DNA of 64,000 nucleotides from Nemertoderma westbladi (taxonomy: Eukaryota > Animalia > Xenacoelomorpha), in contig JAUCBJ010004707.1 of NCBI GenBank assembly GCA_032718475.1, positions 1 to 64,000 of the forward strand, given 5' to 3'. Positions 35,986 through 49,100 of this stretch are shown here, in pieces. Below the pieces are notes generated by a model that had not been told where the DNA came from, searched no databases, and saw only the letters and a program-made list of their open reading frames with translations. Position 1 is the stretch's first letter, and every line of letters begins with the position of its first letter. A program made the position numbers and the translations under genes.

Positions 35986-36152
35986 GGCAATGACGTCCGG
36001 GTGGGATCGAACTGGTGACCTCCGAGTTGGAAGTCTGACGCTCTAACCATTCAGCTAGCGGCTCAGGTAAAAGATAGACCTAGAAATACTATCTAATACC
36101 TTGTATGTCCGCAATTTACCTCCTCATGGCCTCCAATCTGTCAATACCACCA
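35986..36152 (-). mobile_element. tRNA-like/SINE-containing interspersed repeat, copy 2 (uninterrupted)
   Basis: The minus strand reads GCCGCTAGCTGAATGGTTAGAGCGTCAGACTTCCAACTCGGAGGTCACCAGTTCGATCCC (A box, TCC anticodon-like loop, B box). Homologous to 31814-32162. Confidence 0.7.
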
Positions 36153-36251
36153 TCTGCAGCCAATGTTCTCACTCCCTTTTGTACTTGGCCGTCTTGGCTA
36201 TTGAATTGGATTTGCTTTTTTTTACCATATATTTAATTATTATTGTTTCAG

Positions 36252-36367
36252 TCGGTAATGGTCCGGTTACGGTAGAATTATTAGAAGGGACTCCGATAGG
36301 AACTGTGGTCTCCAAAGTCTACACACCAGTGTTAGCAACCGACAAGGACGAACTTTATCCTGAGAAG
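36252..36367 (+). CDS. cadherin gene exon 25
   Basis: tttcag|(I)GNGPVTVELLEGTPIGTVV...VLATDKDELYPEK|gttagc; phase 1-0. Confidence 0.9.
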
Positions 36368-36495
36368 GTTAGCAAAAATAATGACAGTATTATTGTCGGT
36401 GACTCACTGGGTTCACCATAGCTGTGATTGACTGATTTAATTTAATTATTATATTTAATTGTTTCAATATTAATTAATGAAAACATTTTGTTTAG

Positions 36496-36684
36496 GTTTT
36501 GAGATACACAGTAGATGTTATAGCCGTAAATGTTGCCGCCCAGGTTGGGGCTGTACTTAAATCCCCCGAGGACCCAACCTTCGATATTTACTGCTGCGTC
36601 GAGGACTCCCCAAACACAGCTGTACTAATAACAACGGCGCCTTTGGACGCCGAGTATGTTACTAAATGGGATGTTACTGTAAAG
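36496..36684 (+). CDS. cadherin gene exon 26
   Basis: gtttag|VLRYTVDV...TFDIYCC...LITTAPLDAEYVTKWDVTVK|gtaagg; phase 0-0. Confidence 0.9.
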
Positions 36685-36711
36685 GTAAGGACGTTGTGAA
36701 ATATCTATCTA

Positions 36712-37047
36712 TAATCGGCCAGCTGCATTTGCAGCTGCACATATGCTATGCTGGCTTAAATAAAATATTGTACCACCACCACGCAATCCACATTTGAGAT
36801 GCCCCAATGCAGCGATCATTAGATAAGCTATGTCGGCTTATCAACAAAATTGCGCCGCCACAACTCCCTATCACCCATGACATTTGCTAGATCATCCGCA
36901 TCTTCATGGCCAGTGTCCTTTAAGATGCGTCTCAAGAAAGTCATAGGCTGTCCACCATGCTTATTCACTCCATGAGGCTGCCAAAGTACAAGATTATGTA
37001 ATGGGTAGTCCTCTCGGCGAAAGCAATGTCCTGCAAAGCGGAGGCGA
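36712..37047 (-). mobile_element. 3' fragment of the same RTE-like LINE family as 1-1570, inverted
   Basis: The reverse complement of ~36835-37047 closely matches ~1303-1515 (TCGCCTCCGCTTTGCAGGACATTGCTTT...GGGTGATAGGGAGTTGTGGCGGCGCAATTTTG). Confidence 0.88.
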
Positions 37048-37133
37048 AGCTCAAGCTTGACCGTTGAAGTGTAAAGATTAGCGTGTAGTCGATTTATTAA
37101 GTATCGTCGCTACTCGTAGGAGTGTTAATCTAC

Positions 37134-40100
37134 TGCGCTTTATATATTTGTTTGTAGGTGTGGGACCCTTCTAGTGCGCTTTATATATTTGTTTGTAGGT
37201 GTGGGACCCTTCTAGTGCGCTTTATATATTTGTTTGTAGGTGTGGGACCCTTCTAGTGCGCTTTATATATTTGTTTGTAGGTGTGGGACCCTTCTAGTGC
37301 GCTTTATATATTTGTTTGTTTGTGTGGGACCCTTCTAGTGCGCTTTATATATTTGTTTGTTTGTGTGGGACCCTTCTAGTGTGCTTTATATATTTGATTG
37401 TAGGTGTGGGACCCTTCTAGTGCGCTTTATATATTTGTTTGTAGGTGTGGGACCCTTCTAGTGCGCTTTATATATTTGTTTGTAGGTGTGGGACCCTTCT
37501 AGTGCGCTTTATATATTTGATTGTAGGTGTGGGACCCTTCTTGTGCGCTTTATATATTTGTTTGTAGGTGAGGGACCCTTCTAGTGCGCTTTATATATTT
37601 GTTTGTTTGTGTGGGACCCTTCTAGTGCGCTTTATATATTTGTTTGTAGGTGTTGGACCCTTCTAGTGCGCTTTATATATTTGATTGTAGGTGTGGGACC
37701 CTTCCAGTGCGCTTTATATATTTGTTTGTAGGTGTGGGACCCCTCTTGTGCGCTTTATATATTTGTTTGTAGGTGTGGGACCCTTCTAGTGCGCTTTATA
37801 TATTTGTTTGTTTGTGTGGGACCCTTCTAGTGTGCTTTATATATTTGATTGTAGGTGTGGGACCCTTCTAGTGCGCTTTATATATTTGTTTGTAGGTGTG
37901 GGACCCTTCTAGTGCGTTTTATATATTTGTTTGTTTGTGTGGGACCCTTCTAGTGTGCTTTATATATTTGATTGTAGGTGTGGGACCCTTCTAGTGCGCT
38001 TTATATATTTGTTTGTAGGTGTGGGACCCCTCTTGTGCGCTTTATATATTTGTTTGTAGGTGTGGGACCCCTCTTGTGCGCTTTATATATTTGTTTGTAG
38101 GTGAGGGACCCTTCTAGTGCGCTTTATATATTTGTTTGTAGGTGTGGGACCCTTCTAGTGCGCTTTATATATTTGTTTGTAGGTGTGGGGCCCTTCTAGT
38201 GCGCTTTATATATTTGTTTGTAGGTGTGGGACCCTTCTAGTGCGCTTTATATATTTGATTGTAGGTGTGGGACCCTTCTAGTGCGCTTTATATATTTGAT
38301 TGTAGGTGTGGGACCTTCTAGTGCGCTTTATATATTTGATTGTAGGTGTGGGACCCTTCCAGTGCGCTTTATATATTTGTTTGTAGGTGTGGGACCCCTC
38401 TTGTGCGCTTTATATATTTGTTTTTAGGTGAGGGACCCTTCTAGTGCGCTTTATATATTTGTTTGTTTGTGTGGGACCCTTCTAGTGCGCTTTATATATT
38501 TGATTGTAGGTGTGGGACCCTTCTAGTGCGCTTTATATATTTGATTGTAGGTGTGGGACCCTTCCAGTGCGCTTTATATATTTGTTTGTAGGTGTGGGAC
38601 CCTTCTAGTACGCTTTATATATTTGTTTGTAGGTGTGGGACCCTTCTATTGCGCTTTATATATTTGTTTGTAGGTGTGGGACCCCTCTTGTGCGCTTTAT
38701 ATATTTGTTTGTAGGTGTGGGACCCCTCTTGTGCGCTTTATATATTTGTTTGTAGGTGAGGGACCCTTCTAGTGCGCTTTATATATTTGTTTGTAGGTGT
38801 GGGACCCTTCTAGTGCGCTTTATATATTTGTTTGTAGGTGTGGGGCCCTTCTAGTGCGCTTTATATATTTGTTTGTAGGTGTGGGACCCTTCTAGTGCGC
38901 TTTATATATTTGATTGTAGGTGTGGGACCCTTCTAGTGCGCTTTATATATTTGATTGTAGGTGTGGGACCTTCTAGTGCGCTTTATATATTTGATTGTAG
39001 GTGTGGGACCCTTCCAGTGCGCTTTATATATTTGTTTGTAGGTGTGGGACCCCTCTTGTGCGCTTTATATATTTGTTTTTAGGTGAGGGACCCTTCTAGT
39101 GCGCTTTATATATTTGTTTGTTTGTGTGGGACCCTTCTAGTGCGCTTTATATATTTGATTGTAGGTGTGGGACCCTTCTAGTGCGCTTTATATATTTGAT
39201 TGTAGGTGTGGGACCCTTCCAGTGCGCTTTATATATTTGTTTGTAGGTGTGGGACCCTTCTAGTACGCTTTATATATTTGTTTGTAGGTGTGGGACCCTT
39301 CTAGTGCGCTTTATATATTTGATTGTAGGTGTGGGACCCTTCTAGTGCGCTTTATATATTTGTTTGTAGGTGAGGGACCCTTCTAGTGCGCTTTATATAT
39401 TTGTTTGTTTGTGTGGGACCCTTCTAGTACGCTTTATATATTTGTTTGTAGGTGTGGGACCCTTCTATTGCGCTTTATATATTTGTTTGTAGGTGTGGGA
39501 CCCTTCTAGTGTGCTTTATATATTTGTTTGTTTGTGTGGGACCCTTCTAGTGCGCTTTATATATTTGTTTGTTTGTGTGGGACCCTTCTAGTGCACTTTA
39601 TATATTTGTTTGTTTGTGTGGGACCCTTCTAGTGCGCTTTATATATTTGTTTGTTTGTGTGGGACCCTTCTAGTGCACTTTATATATTTGTTTGTTTGTG
39701 TGGGACCCTTCTAGTGCGCTTTATATATTTGATTGTAGGTGAGGGACCCTTCTAGTGCGCTTTATATATTTGTTTGTTTGGTGTGGGACCCTTCTAGTGC
39801 GCTTTATATATTTGTTTGTTTGTGTGGGACCCTTCTAGTGCACTTTATATATTTGTTTGTTTGTGTGGGACCCTTCTAGTGCGCTTTATATATTTGTTTG
39901 TTTGGTGTGGGACCCTTCTAGTGCGCTTTATATATTTGTTTGTTTGTGTGGGACCCTTCTAGTGCACTTTATATATTTGTTTGTTTGTGTGGGACCCTTC
40001 TAGTGCGCTTTATATATTTGTTTGTAGGTGTTGGACCCTTCTAGTGTGCTTTATATATTTGTTTGTAGGTGTTGGACCCTTCTAGTGCGCTTTATATATT

Positions 40101-43100
40101 TGTTTGTAGGTGAGGGACCCTTCTAGTGCGCTTTATATATTTGTTTGTTTGTGTGGGACCCTTCTAGTGCGCTTTATATATTTGATTGTAGGTGTGGGAC
40201 CCTTCTAGTGCGCTTTATATATTTGTTTGTAGGTGTTGGACCCTTCTAGTGCGCTTTATATATTTGTTTGTTTGTGTGGGACCCTTCTAGTGCGCTTTAT
40301 ATATTTGATTGTAGGTGTGGGACCCTTCTAGTGCGCTTTATATATTTGTTTGTAGGTGTGGGACCCCTCTTGTGCGCTTTATATATTTGTTTGTAGGTGA
40401 GGGACCCTTCTAGTGCGCTTTATATATTTGTTTGTTTGTGTGGGACCCTTCTAGTGTGCTTTATATATTTGATTGTAGGTGTGGGACCCTTCTAGTGCGC
40501 TTTATATATTTGATTGTAGGTGTGGGACCCTTCTAGTGCGCTTTATATATTTGTTTGTAGGTGTGGGACCCTTCTAGTGCGCTTTATATATTTGTTTGTT
40601 TGTGTGGGACCCTTCTAGTGTGCTTTATATATTTGATTGTAGGTGTGGGACCCTTCTAGTGCGCTTTATATATTTGTTTGTAGGTGTGGGACCCTTCTAG
40701 TGCGCTTTATATATTTGTTTGTAGGTGTGGGACCCTTCTAGTGCGCTTTATATATTTGTTTGTAGGTGTGGGACCCTTCTAGTGCGCTTTATATATTTGT
40801 TTGTAGGTGTGGGACCCTTCTAGTGCGCTTTATATATTTGTTTGTAGGTGTGGGACCCTTCTAGTGCGCTTTATATATTTGTTTGTAGGTGTGGGACCCT
40901 TCTAGTGCGCTTTATATATTTGTTTGTAGGTGTGGGACCCTTCTAGTGCGCTTTATATATTTGTTTGTAGGTGTGGGACCCTTCTAGTGCGCTTTATATA
41001 TTTGTTTGTAGGTGTGGGACCCTTCTAGTGTGCTTTATATATTTGCTTGTAGGTGTGGGACCCTTCTAGTGCGCTTTATATATTTGTTTGTAGGTGTTGG
41101 ACCCTTCTAGTGCGCTTTATATGTTTGTTTGTAGGTGTGGGACCCTTCTAGTGCGCTTTATATATTTGTTTGTAGGTGTGGGACCCTTCTAGTGCACTTT
41201 ATATATTTGTTTGTTGGTGTGGGACCCTTCTAGTGCGCTTTATATATTTGTTTGTTTGTGTGGGACCCTTCTAGTGCGCTTTATATATTTGTTTGTTTGT
41301 GTGGGACCCTTCTAGTGCACTTTATATATTTGATTGTAGGTGTGGGACCCTTCTAGTGCGCTTTATATATTTGATTGTAGGTGTGGGACCCTTCTAGTGC
41401 GCTTTATATATTTGATTGTAGGTGTGGGACCCTTCCAGTGCGCTTTATATATTTGTTTGTTTGTGTGGGACCCTTCTAGTGTGCTTTATATATTTGATTG
41501 TAGGTGTGGGACCCTTCTAGTGCGCTTTATATATTTGATTGTAGGTGTGGGACCCCTCTAGTGCGCTTTATATATTTGTTTGTAGGTGTTGGACCCTTCT
41601 AGTGCGCTTTATATATTTGTTTGTTTGTGTGGGACCCTTCTAGTGTGCTTTATATATTTGATTGTAGGTGTGGGACCCTTCTAGTGCGCTTTATATATTT
41701 GATTGTAGGTGTGGGACCTTCTAGTGCGCTTTATATATTTGATTGTAGGTGTGGGACCCTTCTAGTGCGCTTTATATATTTGATTGTAGGTGTGGGACCC
41801 TTCTAGTGCGCTTTATATATTTGATTGTAGGTGTGGGACCCTTCTAGTGCGCTTTATATATTTGTTTGTAGGTGTGGGACCCTTCTAGTGCGCTTTATAT
41901 ATTTGTTTGTAGGTGTGGGACCCTTCTAGTGCGCTTTATATATTTGTTTGTAGGTGTGGGACCCTTCTAGTGCGCTTTATATATTTGTTTGTTTGTGTGG
42001 GACCCTTCTAGTGCGCTTTATATATTTGTTTGTAGGTGTGGGACCCTTCTAGTGCGCTTTATATATTTGGTTGTAGGTGTGGGACCCCTCTTGTGCGCTT
42101 TATATATTTGTTTGTAGGTGAGGGACCCTTCTAGTGCGCTTTATATATTTGTTTGTTTGTGTGGGACCCTTCTAGTGCGCTTTATATATTTGTTTGTAGG
42201 TGTGGGACCCTTCTAGTGCGCTTTATATATTTGTTTGTAGGTGTGGGACCCTTCTGTGCGCTTTATATATTTGTTTGTTGGTGTGGGACCCTTCTAGTGC
42301 GCTTTATATATTTGTTTGTTTGTGTGGGACCCTTCTAGTGCGCTTTATATATTTGTTTGTAGGTGTGGGACCCTTCTAGTGCGCTTTATATATTTGGTTG
42401 TAGGTGTGGGACCCCTCTTGTGCGCTTTATATATTTGTTTGTAGGTGAGGGACCCTTCTAGTGCGCTTTATATATTTGTTTGTTTGTGTGGGACCCTTCT
42501 AGTGCGCTTTATATATTTGTTTGTTTGTGTGGGACCCTTCTAGTGCGCTTTATATATTTGTTTGTTTGTGTGGGACCCTTCTAGTGCGCTTTATATATTT
42601 GTTTGTAGGTGTGGGACCCTTCTAGTGCGCTTTATATATTTGTTTGTTTGTGTGGGACCCTTCTAGTGCGCTTTATATATTTGTTTGTAGGTGTGGGACC
42701 CTTCTAGTGCACTTTATATATTTGTTTGTTTGTGTGGGACCCTTCTAGTGCGCTTTATATATTTGTTTGTTTGTGTGGGACCCTTCTAGTGCACTTTATA
42801 TATTTGTTTGTTTGTGTGGGACCCTTCTAGTGCGCTTTATATATTTGATTGTAGGTGTGGGACCCTTCTAGTGCGCTTTATATATTTGTTTGTTTGTGTG
42901 GGACCCTTCTAGTGCGCTTTATATATTTGTTTGTTTGTGTGGGACCCTTCTAGTGCGCTTTATATATTTGTTTGTTTGTGTGGGACCCTTCTAGTGCACT
43001 TTATATATTTGTTTGTTTGTGTGGGACCCTTCTAGTGCGCTTTATATATTTGTTTGTAGGTGTGGGACCCTTCTAGTGCGCTTTATATATTTGTTTGTAG

Positions 43101-46100
43101 GTGTGGGACCCTTCTAGTGCGCTTTATATATTTGTTTGTTTGTGTGGGACCCTTCTAGTGCGCTTTATATATTTGTTTGTTTGTGTGGGACCCTTCTAGT
43201 GCGCTTTATATATTTGTTTGTTTGTGTGGGACCCTTCTAGTGCACTTTATATATTTGTTTGTTTGTGTGGGACCCTTCTAGTGCACTTTATATATTTGTT
43301 TGTTTGTGTGGGACCCTTCTAGTGCGCTTTATATATTTGATTGTAGGTGTGGGGCCCTTCTAGTGCGCTTTATATATTTGTTTGTAGGTGTGGGACCCTT
43401 CTAGTGCGCTTTATATATTTGTTTGTTTGTGTGGGACCCTTCTAGTGCGCTTTATATATTTGTTTGTTTGTGTGGGACCCTTCTAGTGCACTTTATATAT
43501 TTGTTTGTTTGTGTGGGACCCTTCTAGTGCGCTTTATATATTTGATTGTAGGTGTGGGACCCTTCTAGTGCGCTTTATATATTTGTTTGTAGGTGTGGGA
43601 CCCTTCTAGTGCGCTTTATATATTTGTTTGTAGGTGTGGGACCCTTCTAGTGCGCTTTATATATTTGTTTGTTTGTGTGGGACCCTTCTAGTGCGCTTTA
43701 TATATTTGTTTGTTTGTGTGGGACCCTTCTAGTGCGCTTTATATATTTGTTTGTTTGTGTGGGACCCTTCTAGTGCGCTTTATATATTTGTTTGTTTGTG
43801 TGGGACCCTTCTAGTGCGCTTTATATATTTGTTTGTAGGTGTGGGACCCTTCTAGTGCGCTTTATATATTTGTTTGTAGGTGTGGGACCCTTCTAGTGCA
43901 CTTTATATATTTGTTTGTTTGTGTGGGACCCTTCTAGTGCACTTTATATATTTGTTTGTTTGTGTGGGACCCTTCTAGTGCGCTTTATATATTTGATTGT
44001 AGGTGTGGGACCCTTCTAGTGCGCTTTATATATTTGTTTGTAGGTGTGGGACCCTTCCAGTGCGCTTTATATATTTGTTTGTAGGTGTGGGACCCTTCTA
44101 GTGCGCTTTATATATTTGTTTGTAGGTGTGGGACCCTTCTAGTGCGCTTTATATATTTGTTTGTTTGTGTGGGACCCTTCTAGTGCGCTTTATATATTTG
44201 TTTGTTTGTGTGGGACCCTTCTAGTGCGCTTTATATATTTGTTTGTTTGTGTGGGACCCTTCTAGTGCGCTTTATATATTTGTTTGTTTGTGTGGGACCC
44301 TTCTAGTGCACTTTATATATTTGTTTGTTTGTGTGGGACCCTTCTAGTGCGCTTTATATATTTGATTGTAGGTGTGGGACCCTTCTAGTGCGCTTTATAT
44401 ATTTGTTTGTAGGTGTGGGACCCTTCTAGTGCGCTTTATATATTTGTTTGTTTGTGTGGGACCCTTCTAGTGCGCTTTATATATTTGTTTGTTTGTGTGG
44501 GACCCTTCTAGTGCGCTTTATATATTTGTTTGTTTGTGTGGGACCCTTCTAGTGCGCTTTATATATTTGTTTGTTTGTGTGGGACCCTTCTAGTGCGCTT
44601 TATATATTTGTTTGTTTGTGTGGGACCCTTCTAGTGCACTTTATATATTTGTTTGTTTGTGTGGGACCCTTCTAGTGCGCTTTATATATTTGATTGTAGG
44701 TGTGGGACCCTTCTAGTGCGCTTTATATATTTGTTTGTAGGTGTGGGACCCTTCTAGTGCGCTTTATATATTTGTTTGTTTGTGTGGGACCCTTCTAGTG
44801 CGCTTTATATATTTGTTTGTTTGTGTGGGACCCTTCTAGTGCGCTTTATATATTTGTTTGTTTGTGTGGGACCCTTCTAGTGCACTTTATATATTTGTTT
44901 GTTTGTGTGGGACCCTTCTAGTGCGCTTTATATATTTGTTTGTTTGTGTGGGACCCTTCTAGTGCACTTTATATATTTGTTTGTTTGTGTGGGACCCTTC
45001 TAGTGCGCTTTATATATTTGATTGTAGGTGTGGGACCCTTCTAGTGCGCTTTATATATTTGTTTGTAGGTGTGGGACCCTTCTAGTGCACTTTATATATT
45101 TGATTGTAGGTGTGGGACCCTTCTAGTGCGCTTTATATATTTGTTTGTAGGTGTGGGACCCTTCTAGTGCGCTTTATATATTTGTTTGTAGGTGTGGGAC
45201 CCTTCTAGTGCGCTTTATATATTTGTTTGTAGGTGTGGGACCCTTCTAGTGCACTTTATATATTTGTTTGTTTGTGTGGGACCCTTCTAGTGCACTTTAT
45301 ATATTTGTTTGTTTGTGTGGGACCCTTCTAGTGCGCTTTATATATTTGATTGTAGGTGTGGGACCCTTCTAGTGCGCTTTATATATTTGTTTGTAGGTGT
45401 GGGACCCTTCCAGTGCGCTTTATATATTTGTTTGTAGGTGTGGGACCTTCTAGTGCGCTTTATATATTTGGTTGTAGGTGTGGGACCCCTCTTGTGCGCT
45501 TTATATATTTGTTTGTAGGTGTGGGACCCTTCTAGTGCGCTTTATATATTTGTTTGTAGGTGTGGGACCCTTCTAGTGCACTTTATATATTTGTTTGTTT
45601 GTGTGGGACCCTTCTAGTGCACTTTATATATTTGTTTGTTTGTGTGGGACCCTTCTAGTGCGCTTTATATATTTGATTGTAGGTGTGGGACCCTTCTAGT
45701 GCGCTTTATATATTTGTTTGTAGGTGTGGGACCCTTCCAGTGCGCTTTATATATTTGTTTGTAGGTGTGGGACCTTCTAGTGCGCTTTATATATTTGGTT
45801 GTAGGTGTGGGACCCCTCTTGTGCGCTTTATATATTTGTTTGTAGGTGTGGGACCCTTCTAGTGCGCTTTATATATTTGTTTGTAGGTGTGGGACCCTTC
45901 TAGTGCGCTTTATATATTTGTTTGTTTGTGTGGGACCCTTCTAGTGCGCTTTATATATTTGTTTGTAGGTGTGGGACCCTTCTAGTGCGCTTTATATATT
46001 TGGTTGTAGGTGTGGGACCCCTCTTGTGCGCTTTATATATTTGTTTGTAGGTGAGGGACCCTTCTAGTGCGCTTTATATATTTGTTTGTTTGTGAGGGAC

Positions 46101-49100
46101 CCTTCTAGTGCGCTTTATATATTTGTTTGTTTGTGAGGGACCCTTCTAGTGCGCTTTATATATTTGTTTGTAGGTGTGGGACCCTTCTAGTGCGCTTTAT
46201 ATATTTGTTTGTTTGTGTGGGACCCTTCTAGTGCACTTTATATATTTGTTTGTAGGTGTGGGACCCTTCTAGTGCGCTTTATATATTTGTTTGTAGGTGT
46301 GGGACCCTTCTAGTGCGCTTTATATATTTGGTTGTAGGTGTGGGACCCCTCTTGTGCGCTTTATATATTTGTTTGTAGGTGAGGGACCCTTCTAGTGCGC
46401 TTTATATATTTGTTTGTTTGTGAGGGACCCTTCTAGTGCGCTTTATATATTTGTTTGTTTGTGAGGGACCCTTCTAGTGCGCTTTATATATTTGTTTGTA
46501 GGTGTGGGACCCTTCTAGTGCGCTTTATATATTTGTTTGTTTGTGAGGGACCCTTCTAGTGCGCTTTATATATTTGTTTGTTTGTGTGGGACCCTTCTAG
46601 TGCGCTTTATATATTTGTTTGTTTGGTGTGGGACCCTTCCAGTGCGCTTTATATATTTGTTTGTAGGTGTTGGACCCTTCTAGTGCGCTTTATATATTTG
46701 TTTGTAGGTGAGGGACCCTTCTAGTGCGCTTTATATATTTGTTTGTAGGTGTGGGACCCTTCTAGTGCGCTTTATATATTTGGTTGTAGGTGTGGGACCC
46801 CTCTTGTGCGCTTTATATATTTGTTTGTTTGTGAGGGACCCTTCTAGTGCGCTTTATATATTTGTTTGTTTGTGAGGGACCCTTCTAGTGCGCTTTATAT
46901 ATTTGTTTGTTTGTGAGGGACCCTTCTAGTGCGCTTTATATATTTGTTTGTTTGGTGTGGGACCCTTCTAGTGCGCTTTATATATTTGTTTGTTTGTGAG
47001 GGACCCTTCTAGTGCGCTTTATATATTTGTTTGTTTGTGAGGGACCCTTCTAGTGCGCTTTATATATTTGTTTGTTTGTGAGGGACCCTTCTAGTGCGCT
47101 TTATATATTTGTTTGTTTGGTGTGGGACCCTTCTAGTGCGCTTTATATATTTGTTTGTTTGTGAGGGACCCTTCTAGTGCGCTTTATATATTTGTTTGTT
47201 TGTGAGGGACCCTTCTAGTGCGCTTTATATATTTGTTTGTTTGGTGTGGGACCCTTCTAGTGCGCTTTATATATTTGTTTGTTTGTGAGGGACCCTTCTA
47301 GTGCGCTTTATATATTTGTTTGTTTGTGAGGGACCCTTCTAGTGCGCTTTATATATTTGTTTGTTTGTGAGGGACCCTTCTAGTGCGCTTTATATATTTG
47401 TTTGTTTGGTGTGGGACCCTTCTAGTGCGCTTTATATATTTGTTTGTTTGTGAGGGACCCTTCTAGTGCGCTTTATATATTTGTTTGTTTGTGAGGGACC
47501 CTTCTAGTGCGCTTTATATATTTGTTTGTTTGGTGTGGGACCCTTCTAGTGCGCTTTATATATTTGTTTGTTTGTGAGGGACCCTTCTAGTGCGCTTTAT
47601 ATATTTGTTTGTTTGTGAGGGACCCTTCTAGTGCGCTTTATATATTTGTTTGTTTGGTGTGGGACCCTTCTAGTGCGCTTTATATATTTGTTTGTTTGTG
47701 AGGGACCCTTCTAGTGCGCTTTATATATTTGTTTGTTTGTGAGGGACCCTTCTAGTGCGCTTTATATATTTGTTTGTTTGTGAGGGACCCTTCTAGTGCG
47801 CTTTATATATTTGTTTGTTTGTGAGGGACCCTTCTAGTGCGCTTTATATATTTGTTTGTTTGGTGTGGGACCCTTCTAGTGCGCTTTATATATTTGTTTG
47901 TTTGTGAGGGACCCTTCTAGTGCGCTTTATATATTTGTTTGTTTGTGAGGGACCCTTCTAGTGCGCTTTATATATTTGTTTGTAGGTGTGGGACCCTTCT
48001 AGTGCGCTTTATATATTTGATTGTAGGTGTGGGACCTTCTAGTGCGCTTTATATATTTGTTTGTAGGTGTGGGACCCTTCTAGTGCGCTTTATATATTTG
48101 TTTGTTTGTGAGGGACCCTTCTAGTGCGCTTTATATATTTGTTTGTAGGTGTGGGACCCTTCTAGTGCGCTTTATATATTTGTTTGTTTGTGAGGGACCC
48201 TTCTAGTGCGCTTTATATATTTGTTTGTAGGTGTGGGACCCTTCTAGTGCGCTTTATATATTTGTTTGTTTGTGAGGGACCCTTCTAGTGCACTTTATAT
48301 ATTTGTTTGTAGGTGTGGGACCCTTCTAGTGCGCTTTATATATTTGTTTGTAGGTGTGGGACCCTTCTAGTGCGCTTTATATATTTGTTTGTTTGTGAGG
48401 GACCCTTCTAGTGCGCTTTATATATTTGTTTGTTTGTGAGGGACCCTTCTAGTGCGCTTTATATATTTGTTTGTAGGTGTGGGACCCTTCTAGTGCGCTT
48501 TATATATTTGATTGTAGGTGTGGGACCTTCTAGTGCGCTTTATATATTTGTTTGTAGGTGTGGGACCCTTCTAGTGCGCTTTATATATTTGTTTGTTTGT
48601 GAGGGACCCTTCTAGTGCGCTTTATATATTTGTTTGTTTGTGAGGGACCCTTCTAGTGCGCTTTATATATTTGTTTGTTTGTGAGGGACCCTTCTAGTGC
48701 GCTTTATATATTTGTTTGTTTGTGAGGGACCCTTCTAGTGCGCTTTATATATTTGTTTGTTTGGTGTGGGACCCTTCTAGTGCGCTTTATATATTTGTTT
48801 GTTTGTGAGGGACCCTTCTAGTGCGCTTTATATATTTGTTTGTTTGTGAGGGACCCTTCTAGTGCGCTTTATATATTTGTTTGTAGGTGTGGGACCCTTC
48901 TAGTGCGCTTTATATATTTGATTGTAGGTGTGGGACCTTCTAGTGCGCTTTATATATTTGTTTGTAGGTGTGGGACCCTTCTAGTGCGCTTTATATATTT
49001 GTTTGTTTGTGAGGGACCCTTCTAGTGCGCTTTATATATTTGTTTGTAGGTGTGGGACCCTTCTAGTGCGCTTTATATATTTGTTTGTTTGTGAGGGACC

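Larger units (their letters stand above)
1642..36684 (+). other. Multi-exon cadherin-superfamily gene (Fat/CDH23/CDHR-like, ~13 EC repeats visible; partial, both ends outside window)
   Basis: 26 exons with GT-AG boundaries and consecutive matching phases. Recurrent cadherin motifs DxD, LDYE/DRE, xxDxG, DVNDNxP and NEFxP. No in-frame stop in the spliced product. Confidence 0.93.

Noticed and set aside
35995-36066. Possible tRNA-Gly(TCC) gene on the minus strand
   Set aside because: A and B boxes are present but the acceptor and T stems do not pair well, and a second interrupted copy exists. Treated as SINE-like or pseudo-tRNA.
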